Positions 36,398 through 45,621 of a stretch of 45,785 nucleotides of DNA are shown piece after piece. Numbering within the stretch: position 1 is the stretch's first letter; every line of letters begins with the position of its first letter. The position numbers and the translations under genes were made by a program. The notes beneath the pieces are model-generated. The model worked only from the letters and a program-made list of their open reading frames with translations, searched no databases and was not told the origin of the DNA. Origin of the DNA: Rhizomicrobium sp. (GTDB taxonomy: Bacteria; Pseudomonadota; Alphaproteobacteria; Micropepsales; Micropepsaceae); contig DATEEB010000270.1 of assembly GCA_035281345.1 (NCBI GenBank), positions 1 through 45,785 on the forward strand, written 5' to 3'.

Positions 36398-37993
36398 TTA
36401 GGCGCCGCCGCCCACAACCGTGGAGCAGCCGGTATTGGCTTGGCCAGGTATGCCGATCTTGGTCTTCTTGTCGATGGTCAGGAGCTTCTTGGCTCCCGAA
36501 ATCCACGCGCCAGGAACCAAGCTGAAGCCGTTGGCCGTCAGCTCGGTCTTGACCTTCGAGGCATTCTCGGTGGTCGAACCGAACCACCAGCGCCAGAGGC
36601 CCAGACTGCCGGCCGTGGTGCCGGCCAGGGCATCCCTGTCCGTTGTCGAAGCATAGCAGGTGTACATATCCACGAAGGTAAAGCCGCCGATGGGGAACGC
36701 AGCCGTGGCGAGCGGCGTCGGATTGGTCACACCCCAGTTGCGCGGATTGTGGGCGCAGATGCCGTCGCTCGACTGAATGCGGGGAGCAACGCCCGTGGAA
36801 TTGGCCGCATCACAGCTACCCACGCCGGACGCGGGGGTAAATGTCGGCGGCTTGAGCGCACCCATGATGGCCGTGCCGCCCTTGGGACCGGGGGCGATGA
36901 ACTTCTTGGTTGCCCCAGGCGTGATGAAGCTAAACCAGGTCTGCAGGTTGGCAGCCTTGGGACCGGCCGGATCCACGGGCTGGATAAAGTCCGGGGTGTT
37001 ATAGCCGACCGCGCCGACCGTGGCGTTGACCGTTGCCGCGACGCCGCCATTGCCGGCAGCGCCGACATAGCTGGCAGGCAGAAGGCCGGCATTTCTCACA
37101 TTGATGAACCAGCTATTGTTGGAGAGCCCGCTGGTGTTGCCGGGAGCGGTCTGCCACGAAGCGGGAACCGGATGCGAGGTCGCGGCGCACTGGCTGAGGA
37201 GCGCATTCACGAACAGAAAGGTGGTGCCGCTGCCGTCATTGCGATAGACGACGGTGATCGGACCACTGCCCAGTTGGAAGCCGGCATTGTCGGCGGTGAT
37301 CTCAGGATCGCTCCAGTCGGTGATGGCGCCGGTGTAGATGCCGCACCAGGTGGGGGTGGAAAACTGGACCCTGCTGCTGGCGCCGGCAATGACCTTGCCT
37401 TTTTCATTCCAACCGGCAGTCGGGTGGAAGTCTATGGCGACCGTGCCGATCATGGTGGGAACCTGGATCGCAGCACCCCAGCCGCCGGCGGCGCTGTTGG
37501 TATTGTATGTGGTTAAGTTGCTGGCGCTCAGCGGGTCATCGCTGCCGGCAAACGACATCGTGGGGAAGAAGGGACCGGCGTCGGTGGTGTTAGCCACCCA
37601 GCCAGCGCCGGTACCGGTGCCATAGAAGGGTCCGAAATCGACCGTCGAAGGAACCGGAACGGCATCCGGCGTGCGCGGGCCGTCGGTGAGCTTGCTGGCA
37701 TCGTGGGTGCGCCAGGCGGACAAGCCGTTGCCGCTACCGACGCCCAGATAGAGCACTTCGATATTGGAATTATAGGGGGTGACGCCATTGCAGCCACCCA
37801 AGGGGCCGCTCAGGCCGACAGTGAGGTCGCCGCCGGCTTGATTGCCAAAGCAGTTGAAGATGTCGCGATAGACTTTTTCCGGGAAGGTCGCGCCGCCGGC
37901 ATAGAGCGGTGTGATTTGCGCTTGGGCCGGAGCGGCGGCGGCAAACAGGGCCACCGCGGCGCCCGCCAGCAATTTCGAATTCAGGTTCAGCAT
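36398..37993 (-). CDS. Secreted PstS/DING-family phosphate-binding protein, 531 aa
   Basis: Signal peptide (AQA/Q). LYAGGATFP (cf. DINGGGATLP), GVGSGNG, FAGSD, YRNDGSGTT, FPIGGFT, C-terminal Cys. Confidence 0.85.
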   Translation of the reverse strand: MLNLNSKLLAGAAVALFAAAAPAQAQITPLYAGGATFPEKVYRDIFNCFGNQAGGDLTVGLSGPLGGCNGVTPYNSNIEVLYLGVGSGNGLSAWRTHDASKLTDGPRTPDAVPVPSTVDFGPFYGTGTGAGWVANTTDAGPFFPTMSFAGSDDPLSASNLTTYNTNSAAGGWGAAIQVPTMIGTVAIDFHPTAGWNEKGKVIAGASSRVQFSTPTWCGIYTGAITDWSDPEITADNAGFQLGSGPITVVYRNDGSGTTFLFVNALLSQCAATSHPVPASWQTAPGNTSGLSNNSWFINVRNAGLLPASYVGAAGNGGVAATVNATVGAVGYNTPDFIQPVDPAGPKAANLQTWFSFITPGATKKFIAPGPKGGTAIMGALKPPTFTPASGVGSCDAANSTGVAPRIQSSDGICAHNPRNWGVTNPTPLATAAFPIGGFTFVDMYTCYASTTDRDALAGTTAGSLGLWRWWFGSTTENASKVKTELTANGFSLVPGAWISGAKKLLTIDKKTKIGIPGQANTGCSTVVGGGA

Positions 37994-38232
37994 GAGTCAG
38001 TCCTTTGGTTTGAGGTTGGTGGTTGCAAAAACGTCAAAAAAACTTCACGCACGAGACGAGAGCGGTTGCTTTGAAGCCATTGACCGGGCCTGATGACTGT
38101 CCAGACAATAAAAAGCCGCTGTGAAGCGCCCCCATCGGGACACATCACCAAAAACAAACCGTGGTTTTCGATAGCGCCGCTACGTTTTACGCCCGCACCG
38201 GCTCGGCGATTCCTCATCTCCCGACGCGGCGG

Positions 38233-38266
38233 ACACTAGGGCGATAATGTTCCGGTTTTGTGACCG
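38233..38266 (-). promoter_or_regulatory. Pho-box promoter of the DING/PstS gene
   Basis: Minus strand: CGGTCAC-AAAA-CCGGAAC, then 10 nt, then TAGTGT. Confidence 0.55.
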
Positions 38267-38398
38267 ATTTGATGTATGAAAATGAACCGCCGGAAATGGC
38301 CGGGGAAAATCCGTGAAAAATTTTGCCGTTGAAGAACAAGCATGCGCGACGCTATATCGAATGCACAAACCAAGAAGCAGCTTTTGCGTGTGTCACAA

Positions 38399-38887
38399 AT
38401 GATCCCTTCCGCCGGAATTCTTTTTGCGCGCAAACGTTTGACGCCAAGGTGGACGCCAAGGCGCGCGGCAAAGGACCGCGAGCAAGGCTTCACGCTGGTG
38501 GAGCTTCTGGTTGTCCTGGCGATTCTGGGCTTGCTGATCGCGCTGGTCGGCCCGGCCATGATTCGCCAGCTCGGCTCCGCCAAGCACAAAATTGCGGAGC
38601 AATCCATCGAGCGGCTTTCCGGCATACTGGATCTGTATCGTCTGGATGTCGGCAATTATCCCACCACCACCCAGGGCTTGACCGCGCTGAACGACAATGC
38701 CGGCAATGTGGGCGGGTGGAACGGCCCCTATATCAAGGATGCGAACGGCATCGTCGATCCCTGGGGCCATCCCTTCCAGTATCGCAGTCCCAGCCAGCGC
38801 CCCAAGCATTCTTTCGACATTGTTTCGCTGGGCGCGGATGGCAAACCCGGCGGCGAAGGCGAGGATGCCGACGTCCTCAATCGCTGA
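38399..38887 (+). CDS. gspG: Type II secretion major pseudopilin GspG
   Basis: QG/FTLVELLVVLAILGLL prepilin site, YRLDVGNYPTTTQGLTAL, WNGPY, DPWGHPFQY, SLGADGKPGGEGEDAD. Start uncertain (38342, 38399 or 38438). Confidence 0.93.
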   Translation: MIPSAGILFARKRLTPRWTPRRAAKDREQGFTLVELLVVLAILGLLIALVGPAMIRQLGSAKHKIAEQSIERLSGILDLYRLDVGNYPTTTQGLTALNDNAGNVGGWNGPYIKDANGIVDPWGHPFQYRSPSQRPKHSFDIVSLGADGKPGGEGEDADVLNR

Positions 38888-39764
38888 CTTTGCCGCGATC
38901 GTCCAAAATGCCGCGCTGCCAATCCAGCACGGTATAGGGTTTGGGATTTTGGGACTCCAATTTCAACACGGCATAGCGCACGAAAATTCCGCCGTCCCGG
39001 CCGCGGGCGGTGATTTCGGCCGCAATCACCTGTTCTTCAGCCGCCTCCTGTGATTTCGCCGCCGGCTTTGGTGCGGCGTCAGCGGCCTCATCCTGTTGCG
39101 GGACGGCGCGGTTCGCCAGTGCGATGGCGCGCTGCACCGGAAGCGTCAGATTTCTTCCGCCGGGCGCCGCCGAAGCGGTATGGATCGTCAAATAGGGGCG
39201 AACCGAAGCCAATATGGCCGGGGTCATCCCCAGCACCAATTGAAGTTCGTCCAGCGATTCCAGCGCGCCATTGGGTGGACCATAATTGCGTCCCGCCGCG
39301 CGATACTGCTTCAGCTTGGCGCCGCCTTCCCGCGGCGGACCCTCGGGGCCAACCCAATCGGCTATCGCCGCGCCCAAGCGGCGGGCCGATCCGCGGTCCA
39401 GGCCCCGGACCTCGAGCAAGGCGGCGAGCAACCCCTCGGAAGCAAGATTGGGATTGATCTTGCGCGTCTCATCCTGGAGCCGGACGATGATCTCTCCGGC
39501 CGGCATCGTTACGCGGTAAGCCGATCCGTCCAACCGCCACCGGTTGGCAAGCTTGGGGTCGGTCTGGTTGAAGACGATCCGCGCGACTCCCGCATCGGCC
39601 AGGGCTTCGGCGCCGGCGGCGGCGCGCACATTAAAGGCGATGGCCGTCTCGGTGCGCCCATGGGCCACCAGATAGGTGCCGATTGCAGCGATCAGAACGA
39701 GCAGCCAAACAACCAGGATCAGGGCAAAGCCCGCGTCCTTTTTGACGGGCACGCCATAACTCAA
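38877..39764 (-). CDS. gspK: Type II secretion minor pseudopilin GspK
   Basis: AG/FALILVVW (no Glu5, as is typical of GspK), DETRKINPN, AAIADW, LESLDELQLVLGM. Confidence 0.88.
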   Translation of the reverse strand: MSYGVPVKKDAGFALILVVWLLVLIAAIGTYLVAHGRTETAIAFNVRAAAGAEALADAGVARIVFNQTDPKLANRWRLDGSAYRVTMPAGEIIVRLQDETRKINPNLASEGLLAALLEVRGLDRGSARRLGAAIADWVGPEGPPREGGAKLKQYRAAGRNYGPPNGALESLDELQLVLGMTPAILASVRPYLTIHTASAAPGGRNLTLPVQRAIALANRAVPQQDEAADAAPKPAAKSQEAAEEQVIAAEITARGRDGGIFVRYAVLKLESQNPKPYTVLDWQRGILDDRGKVSD

Positions 39765-41908
39765 GGCAGAATGCTGGAAGGCGTAAGCTTGCGCTTGAGC
39801 TCTTCCGTCAAGGCCTTGGCCTCACGCTGGTCGTGGACGACACGCGGGGTGAGCAGAACGATCAGTTCGGTGCGGTCACGGTCGTTGATTTTGGTGGAGA
39901 ACAAAGTCCCAAACACCGGAATATCCTGCAACAAGGGCACGCCGGAATTGCCGCTGGATTTTTTCTCGCTGATCAAGCCCGCCAGACTGATGGTTTCGCC
40001 ATCTTGCACGATCACCTTGGTCTTGATCCGGCGCTGCTGGAAGGTGGGCGAATTGATCGAGGATGTGGTGGTGGGAACCACATCACTGACTTCCTGTTCG
40101 ATGTCCAAGGTGACAAGGCCGCCGGCATTGATATGCGGCGTCACCGACAGAATGACGCCCGTCGGCTGATATTGGACATTGTTGACCACCGGCGCGCCGG
40201 CGGTGATCACCGAAGTGGCGCTTTGGGTGATGGTCGGCACCATGTCGCCGACCTGGAACGAGGCTTGCTGGCGATCCAGTATCATCAGCTTGGGCGCCGA
40301 CACGATATGCACGTCGGTGATACTTTTGAGCGCCTGAAGCGTGACTTGAACATCGCCGAACGTCCGCGCCACCGCGAAGCCGGGAAAGCTTGGCGCCAAC
40401 ACACCGGGGAACAGGCTGGCATTGGAAATCGGGCGGCTGGGATCGATCACCGTCGGCGTGACGCTTTGGGCATTGCTGAGGGCGATCTGGCCTTCGCTGT
40501 TTTGCAGGAAAAATTGCACGCCATACTGAAGCTGACGATTGAGTGAGACTTCGGCGATGGTGGCTTCCACCAGCACCTGCATCGGCAGGATGTCGAGTTT
40601 TCGTATCGCCGCTTCGATGGTCTCATACTCGCTGTCGGTCGCCACGATGATCAATGCGCCATTGATACTGTCCGCGATGATCTGCGGCCCTTTGGCGTCG
40701 GCGCCGGTCTGCTGGCCATTGCCATTGTCGGCGGGACGCGGCGTTTGGGGTGCGCCCGCGGTCGTGGCCGGCGCCTGTCCGGCCTGAGTACCGTTCGTGC
40801 CCGATGCTGCTGCCGTGGCGCCACCCGTGGCGGGTCCGCCGCCAATGCGGGCGGGCGTGGCGGTGGGCGGCAGATTGCCTGGCGCGATCTCTTCGGTGCC
40901 GCTGCCGCCGCCGGGCGGATTCACCGCGCGTTGCAGCACAGGTTGGATATCGGCGGGCTGGGTGTTCTTCAGGCGATAGACGTGAATGTTGCGTCCCGCG
41001 CTGAGCTTGACCTTGTCGATCTGGTCCACCATGCGGGAAATCTTGTCCAGATATTCCGATTGGCGGGTGATGACCATCACCGCATTGGCCTGTTCGATCG
41101 GCACGACCTTGACGGCGCCGGTAAGGGCGCCATCGGCATCAAGCTGCAGCGCCGCTTCCAGATCGGCGGCGAATTTGATGGGATCGCCGGATTTGGCCGG
41201 AAAAAGCGCGTAGGAGCGGCCCGCCAAATAGTCCATATCGAACACCCGGATCAGGCCGACGATATTTTGGCGGGCGCTGGCCGTACCGCTGATGATCAGC
41301 ACATTGCGGGCGGGATCGGCCAAGACCTTGACCCCCTCGCCCGCATAGGTTTCCAGAATTGTGGCCAGCTGCTTGGCGGAAGCATAACGCAACGTCACCA
41401 CTTGCGCGCCCGCTTCCATGCTGGCGCCCGCAACCAAAGGCGGAATGTTGGTGTCGTCGCCCTGTGCGCTGACGCGGTAGATGTTGTTCTGATAGGTCAG
41501 TTGGCCGCCGGCCTGGGCTAAAAGACCCTGCAAGGTCGAAATCAGATCGTCGCGCTTTAAAGGACGGGCGGTCTGAATGGTGACGTTGCCCTGAAAACCG
41601 GGATCGATGGCGTAATTGACCTTGAGAATCTCCCCCAGAATGAGACGAACGATCTCGCGGACATCCGTATCCACATAGTTGAGCGAAATATCGCCGCCTT
41701 GGTTCACACCATAGCGCGGCGACGCAGAGGAGCGCGCCGGCGCGGCAGGCGTCTGTGCGGGCGGCGACGCCGCCGGTTGCGGCGGCGCCGTGGGCGGAAT
41801 GGCCGGTTGGGACGACAAAGGCAAGGGCGCCAGCAAGGCGCAGGACGCAAGCAATATCCCGCAAGTCAGCGCGCGAAGGCTGCGCGCGCGGCAATTTTTA
41901 ATCGTCAT
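39761..41908 (-). CDS. gspD: Type II secretion secretin GspD
   Basis: ISLNYVDTDVREIV (N0), QVLVEATIAEV, TGVILSVTPHIN, GETISLAGLI, VPLLQDIPVFGTLF, RTELIVLLTPRVV. Confidence 0.95.
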   Translation of the reverse strand: MTIKNCRARSLRALTCGILLASCALLAPLPLSSQPAIPPTAPPQPAASPPAQTPAAPARSSASPRYGVNQGGDISLNYVDTDVREIVRLILGEILKVNYAIDPGFQGNVTIQTARPLKRDDLISTLQGLLAQAGGQLTYQNNIYRVSAQGDDTNIPPLVAGASMEAGAQVVTLRYASAKQLATILETYAGEGVKVLADPARNVLIISGTASARQNIVGLIRVFDMDYLAGRSYALFPAKSGDPIKFAADLEAALQLDADGALTGAVKVVPIEQANAVMVITRQSEYLDKISRMVDQIDKVKLSAGRNIHVYRLKNTQPADIQPVLQRAVNPPGGGSGTEEIAPGNLPPTATPARIGGGPATGGATAAASGTNGTQAGQAPATTAGAPQTPRPADNGNGQQTGADAKGPQIIADSINGALIIVATDSEYETIEAAIRKLDILPMQVLVEATIAEVSLNRQLQYGVQFFLQNSEGQIALSNAQSVTPTVIDPSRPISNASLFPGVLAPSFPGFAVARTFGDVQVTLQALKSITDVHIVSAPKLMILDRQQASFQVGDMVPTITQSATSVITAGAPVVNNVQYQPTGVILSVTPHINAGGLVTLDIEQEVSDVVPTTTSSINSPTFQQRRIKTKVIVQDGETISLAGLISEKKSSGNSGVPLLQDIPVFGTLFSTKINDRDRTELIVLLTPRVVHDQREAKALTEELKRKLTPSSILP

Positions 41909-42471
41909 CTTTGTCCTGCTGGTCCGGCCGCTGCGACCGTTTGTTGTTGTGGTTTTGGGTTTTGACCGGGCTGGGGCTTGGTCGGCGTGTTGCGCTTCAC
42001 CGGGCGCCGTCCGGGGGTCAATTCTTCGGCGCTGCCATGGGTCGGGGTCACGACCTGTTCGCCGAAAGCGCTGGTCAAAACCACGCGTCCGGTTTCGATC
42101 TTGCTCAGGGTCCAGCCGTCGATCACTTCGCCTTCCTTGACGGCGAGCGGACGTCCGCCGGGACGGGTGAACAAGGCTTCACGGCCATCGGCGCGCAGCA
42201 TCACGCCGGCCAGCCGGCCTTGCAGTTTGGGGGGCTCGGCCTGGACGATTTTGACTTCGGGCGGCTGGCGGCCCGGCGTGAACAAGGGCCGTTTCAAGAT
42301 TTCGGCCGCCATGCGGTCGGCTTTCTCGGCAGCCGCCTCGCTGGCCTCATTGTCCAAGGCGTCGAATGCGGCCAGCGCGTCTTTCTTGGGCGGCGGCGCA
42401 AGAAAGCAGCCGGCCGCAACCGCGATCGCGAGCAGCGCACACAAAAAAGGAAGACCGAACTTTTTCGACAT
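41905..42471 (-). CDS. T2SS XpsN/GspC-like bitopic protein
   Basis: One N-terminal TM, RPLFTPGRQP, RLAGVML, GEVIDGWTLSKI. Lies between gspM and gspD. Confidence 0.7.
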   Translation of the reverse strand: MSKKFGLPFLCALLAIAVAAGCFLAPPPKKDALAAFDALDNEASEAAAEKADRMAAEILKRPLFTPGRQPPEVKIVQAEPPKLQGRLAGVMLRADGREALFTRPGGRPLAVKEGEVIDGWTLSKIETGRVVLTSAFGEQVVTPTHGSAEELTPGRRPVKRNTPTKPQPGQNPKPQQQTVAAAGPAGQR

Positions 42472-42481
42472 CCATTCCCAC

Positions 42482-43066
42482 TCAAACCGCACGGAAGCCA
42501 TAGACATCCAGCGTGACAGCCAGCGTACCGTCGCCGCCGGTATCGCTGTCTTCCTCCGAAGCTTCCGAGGTCGCCCCAATGCCGGCACGAAAAGAAAAAT
42601 CCTCAACCGACAGAACCGGCCGCGACGTTTCCAAACCGCGCAGCACCTCGGTTATCAGTTTGAGGTCGCCGGAAAACACCACCCGAACCCCCACACGGCG
42701 GAAATTGCCGTCCGCCGCCGAGTCCAGAACTTCCGAGCTGGTCAGTTTGGCGCCGGCATCTTCCACCAGGCCTTTCATTTCGGTCTGCAGCGCCGCCGCG
42801 GCGAGCGCATCGCTGTCTCCCGCCAGCAACAATTCTCCGCCCGAACGGTCTCGCCATTTCTTGTCGGCCTCCCGCAAGGTGGGAAGTTCATGCGCCAGCG
42901 TTTCGTAGCGCTGCGCCAGGGCCATGCGCCGTTCCAACAGTTCGGCGCGCGCGCCATAGACGCCCAGCACCGGAGAAATCAGCAAAAGATAGAATCCGGC
43001 GGCGCCCGCCAGCGCTACCGCCAGCGCCAGCATCCGGCCCGCAAAACCGCCCGGTAGTGACTTCAT
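42482..43066 (-). CDS. gspM: Type II secretion protein GspM
   Basis: One TM plus a coiled coil. ALAAAALQ, LRGLETSRPVLSVEDF. Follows gspL. Confidence 0.85.
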   Translation of the reverse strand: MKSLPGGFAGRMLALAVALAGAAGFYLLLISPVLGVYGARAELLERRMALAQRYETLAHELPTLREADKKWRDRSGGELLLAGDSDALAAAALQTEMKGLVEDAGAKLTSSEVLDSAADGNFRRVGVRVVFSGDLKLITEVLRGLETSRPVLSVEDFSFRAGIGATSEASEEDSDTGGDGTLAVTLDVYGFRAV

Positions 43067-44115
43067 GGCACGCCTGCGGCGGCAAGTTTGGCGGAGATGG
43101 TGAACTTCTCGCCCGCATCATCTTCCAGCAAGGCGGAATCGAACACCGGATCGCGGAAGGCCGGCGAACTGCTCAGGGCATGGATCAGCTTGGCCGCGGC
43201 CTCGGAGGAACCGGCCATGGTGACCTGCTCGCCCTGGACGCTGAAAGCGGTAAGATATGTGTCGTCCGGCAAGGCGCGGCTCGCCGCGAGCAAAATTTCC
43301 AGCGCGCTGCCATGGCCATGGGCCTGGCCCATGAAAGCAAGCGCCGCTACCCGCCGGTTGGCGGCCTGGTTCAAGGCGGATGCCGTGCGCGCCTCACCCT
43401 CCAGCCTGGCGATGGTTTTATCCGTCAGGAAGAACTGCAATTGCTGAATGGCAAAAGGCAGCAGCAGGATGGCCGCGGCAAACCCATAGGCGGCGATCAT
43501 CACCGGCCAGGTCTTGGACGGCAGACGCCAGTAGCGCAGCGGATTGGGGCGCTCCAGCCACAGATAGCGCGAAGATTGGTTGGCGTTGGCGATCTCCAAC
43601 GCGCCCGGCACAAAGCCCGCGTCCCGGGCGACATCGGCCAGGGCGTCCCCCACGCGGCGCGGCACCACCAGCAAATCGGCCTCCAGCTTGCCCCGCGCGG
43701 TGTCCCGGCTGACCAGGCTGTGGTTCCAGTAAACCTCGTCCTGCTCGAAGGGGGTTTCGCGGCCGATCTCAAAGCCCAAAACCGTCTTCAGGTCGCGGCG
43801 GGCTGCCAAGGGCAAAGACACGCGCTTGCAAAGCACATGCCCGGCCGGAATCCGCAACAGCCTCAGCTGCGGCAGATTTGCGGTCGAATCCATCACGGGC
43901 TTCAGGTCCTTGAGCGCGCCCTTGCCGGCGCATGTGACGACACCCTTGCGCCGGACATACAAGGCAAACGCATCGCCGGTGATTTCCAAAATCGCGGCTT
44001 CGCAAGCCCCTACGACAGCATGCAACAGCCGGGATGGAACAAGCCCCGCAAGCTGTCCAATCCACCAACGGAAGAATGGCATTACGTACCGCTGGATCAT
44101 TGGCGCGAACGACAC
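43063..44115 (-). CDS. gspL: Type II secretion protein GspL (PilN-like C-terminus)
   Basis: FFRWWIGQL, LPLAARRDL..VLGFEIGRETPF, single TM, ALPDDTYL, LSSSPAFRDP. Confidence 0.85.
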   Translation of the reverse strand: MSFAPMIQRYVMPFFRWWIGQLAGLVPSRLLHAVVGACEAAILEITGDAFALYVRRKGVVTCAGKGALKDLKPVMDSTANLPQLRLLRIPAGHVLCKRVSLPLAARRDLKTVLGFEIGRETPFEQDEVYWNHSLVSRDTARGKLEADLLVVPRRVGDALADVARDAGFVPGALEIANANQSSRYLWLERPNPLRYWRLPSKTWPVMIAAYGFAAAILLLPFAIQQLQFFLTDKTIARLEGEARTASALNQAANRRVAALAFMGQAHGHGSALEILLAASRALPDDTYLTAFSVQGEQVTMAGSSEAAAKLIHALSSSPAFRDPVFDSALLEDDAGEKFTISAKLAAAGVP

Positions 44116-44148
44116 AATCGCGTAGCCCGAGTCTCCTAATCATTGTAT

Positions 44149-44166
44149 GTGACAGTAATATGATCA
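44149..44166 (-). promoter_or_regulatory. Internal Pho-like box between gspJ and gspL
   Basis: Minus strand: TGATCAT-ATTA-CTGTCAC, overlapping the gspJ stop codon. Confidence 0.45.
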
Positions 44167-44733
44167 GGACTTGGGTTTCGATGACACATTTATGGCAGGC
44201 GCTACCAGTAGTGGCTGCCACACCCGGCCATCGGAAAAACGCGCATTGATCGCGATCAAATCCACAGGCTTGGTTTTCCCATTGGCCGCCTGCTTCCATC
44301 CCTCCCCCGCCTCATAATAGGCGAGGCCGAATCCGGTCATGCCTTCCACAAGACTGGTCTGGTTCTGCGCCAGACCCGCGCTCTGACCTTTGAAATGTGG
44401 CCGCCAGCTGAGGACAAGGCGGCCGCCACTGGAAGCAAGTTCGATATCGAACAGACCGCCCCGCGCCAAAGCCGCCGGCAACCGGCCGACAAATCGAAGC
44501 GCCTCCGGTCTGCCGTCGAAGCCTTGTCCTGATGCCAGCATCTGCCGCAGGACATTCTGCACCGCCTGAACATCTCCGTGGCGGGTGCTTTGATCCTCCT
44601 GCGCGCGCCAGGCGCGGCCGGCAAAATGCACCCCACCCCCCAGCATCACCAGAATCAAAGAGAGAATGGTAATGGAGACCAGGAGCTCCAACAAAGTGAA
44701 GCCAGCCTCCCGGGGGACCGGCACACGCCTCAT
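44164..44733 (-). CDS. gspJ: Minor pseudopilin GspJ
   Basis: AG/FTLLELLVSITILSL from ATG 44733, and position in the cluster. Confidence 0.85.
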   Translation of the reverse strand: MRRVPVPREAGFTLLELLVSITILSLILVMLGGGVHFAGRAWRAQEDQSTRHGDVQAVQNVLRQMLASGQGFDGRPEALRFVGRLPAALARGGLFDIELASSGGRLVLSWRPHFKGQSAGLAQNQTSLVEGMTGFGLAYYEAGEGWKQAANGKTKPVDLIAINARFSDGRVWQPLLVAPAINVSSKPKS

Positions 44734-44759
44734 GACGGACGACCTTCTGTTGCAGTTGG

Positions 44760-45158
44760 TCATGGGGGACCCAGACGCTCGGAATAAAGCGAGAATGTTT
44801 TCTGCTGGGCGCCGACGCGCCAACCTACCGTCACGGTCACCGGATAAAGGCTCAGCGCCGCCCCGGGACCGGCATGCCCAGGACCGCCATGAAAGACCGG
44901 CGCATCCATATGCACACGCCAGCGCAAACCGTTGCTCTCGCCCGAATAGTCGCCCTTTTTCAGAGAGAGCGCCTTGCCAACCTGCGCCAGTTGCGATTGC
45001 GCCAGGCTTGTCGCCTGAAGCGTGCGCTGGGCCGCAACACCGCTGTCCAGCCCCGATCCCGTGGCGGCAAACAAAGCCGCAAGCCCCAGTGCGGCAATGG
45101 CAAGCGCGACAAGCACCTCGATCAAGGTAAAGCCGGCGGTCCGATCACGGTGCGGCAT
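44760..45158 (-). CDS. gspI: Minor pseudopilin GspI
   Basis: AG/FTLIEVLVALAI, LAQSQLAQVG, YPVTVTVGW. Confidence 0.85.
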   Translation of the reverse strand: MPHRDRTAGFTLIEVLVALAIAALGLAALFAATGSGLDSGVAAQRTLQATSLAQSQLAQVGKALSLKKGDYSGESNGLRWRVHMDAPVFHGGPGHAGPGAALSLYPVTVTVGWRVGAQQKTFSLYSERLGPP

Positions 45159-45621
45159 GGACCACCGACACCCGGCCCGACAGCCAATCTACCCCCACGG
45201 TCCAAAGTTGGCCGCCGCCATGAATGGAGATCCGGCCGCCGCTGCTTGCGCCATCGGGATCGAAGCGAATGCGGCCCTTGCTATCGGATAGCAACTGATC
45301 GCGCCCTGTCAAAAGCACGAGTTTGATGTCCCGCGGCAGCGCGTGGGAAGGCCGGCCGTCCCATTGATAACCAGGCGCGGACAAATCCAGGGTGAAGGCA
45401 ACACTGCGGTTGCTCATCAGCGCTGCACTGCGCGCGGTGCGCAAGGCGCCCGAAATTTCCCGCGCGGCATTGCGCGCATGGGTGGCTGGCGAAACGGGAC
45501 GCACCCCGGTCCCGATCACCGCCAGCATCAATCCCAGAATGGCGACAACGACCAGAAGCTCCACCAGCGTGAAGCCGGATCGAGAGTCACGGCGCTCCCG
45601 TTCGTCAGCCTGCCAGATCAT
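45145..45621 (-). CDS. gspH: Minor pseudopilin GspH
   Basis: SG/FTLVELLVVVAI, LRTARSAA, IRFDPDGASSGG, VDWLSGRV. Confidence 0.88.
   Translation of the reverse strand: MIWQADERERRDSRSGFTLVELLVVVAILGLMLAVIGTGVRPVSPATHARNAAREISGALRTARSAALMSNRSVAFTLDLSAPGYQWDGRPSHALPRDIKLVLLTGRDQLLSDSKGRIRFDPDGASSGGRISIHGGGQLWTVGVDWLSGRVSVVHAAP

Noticed and set aside
38440-38461. GACGCCAAGG direct repeat in the gspG leader
   Set aside because: A simple two-copy duplication in a variable leader peptide with no evidence of function.
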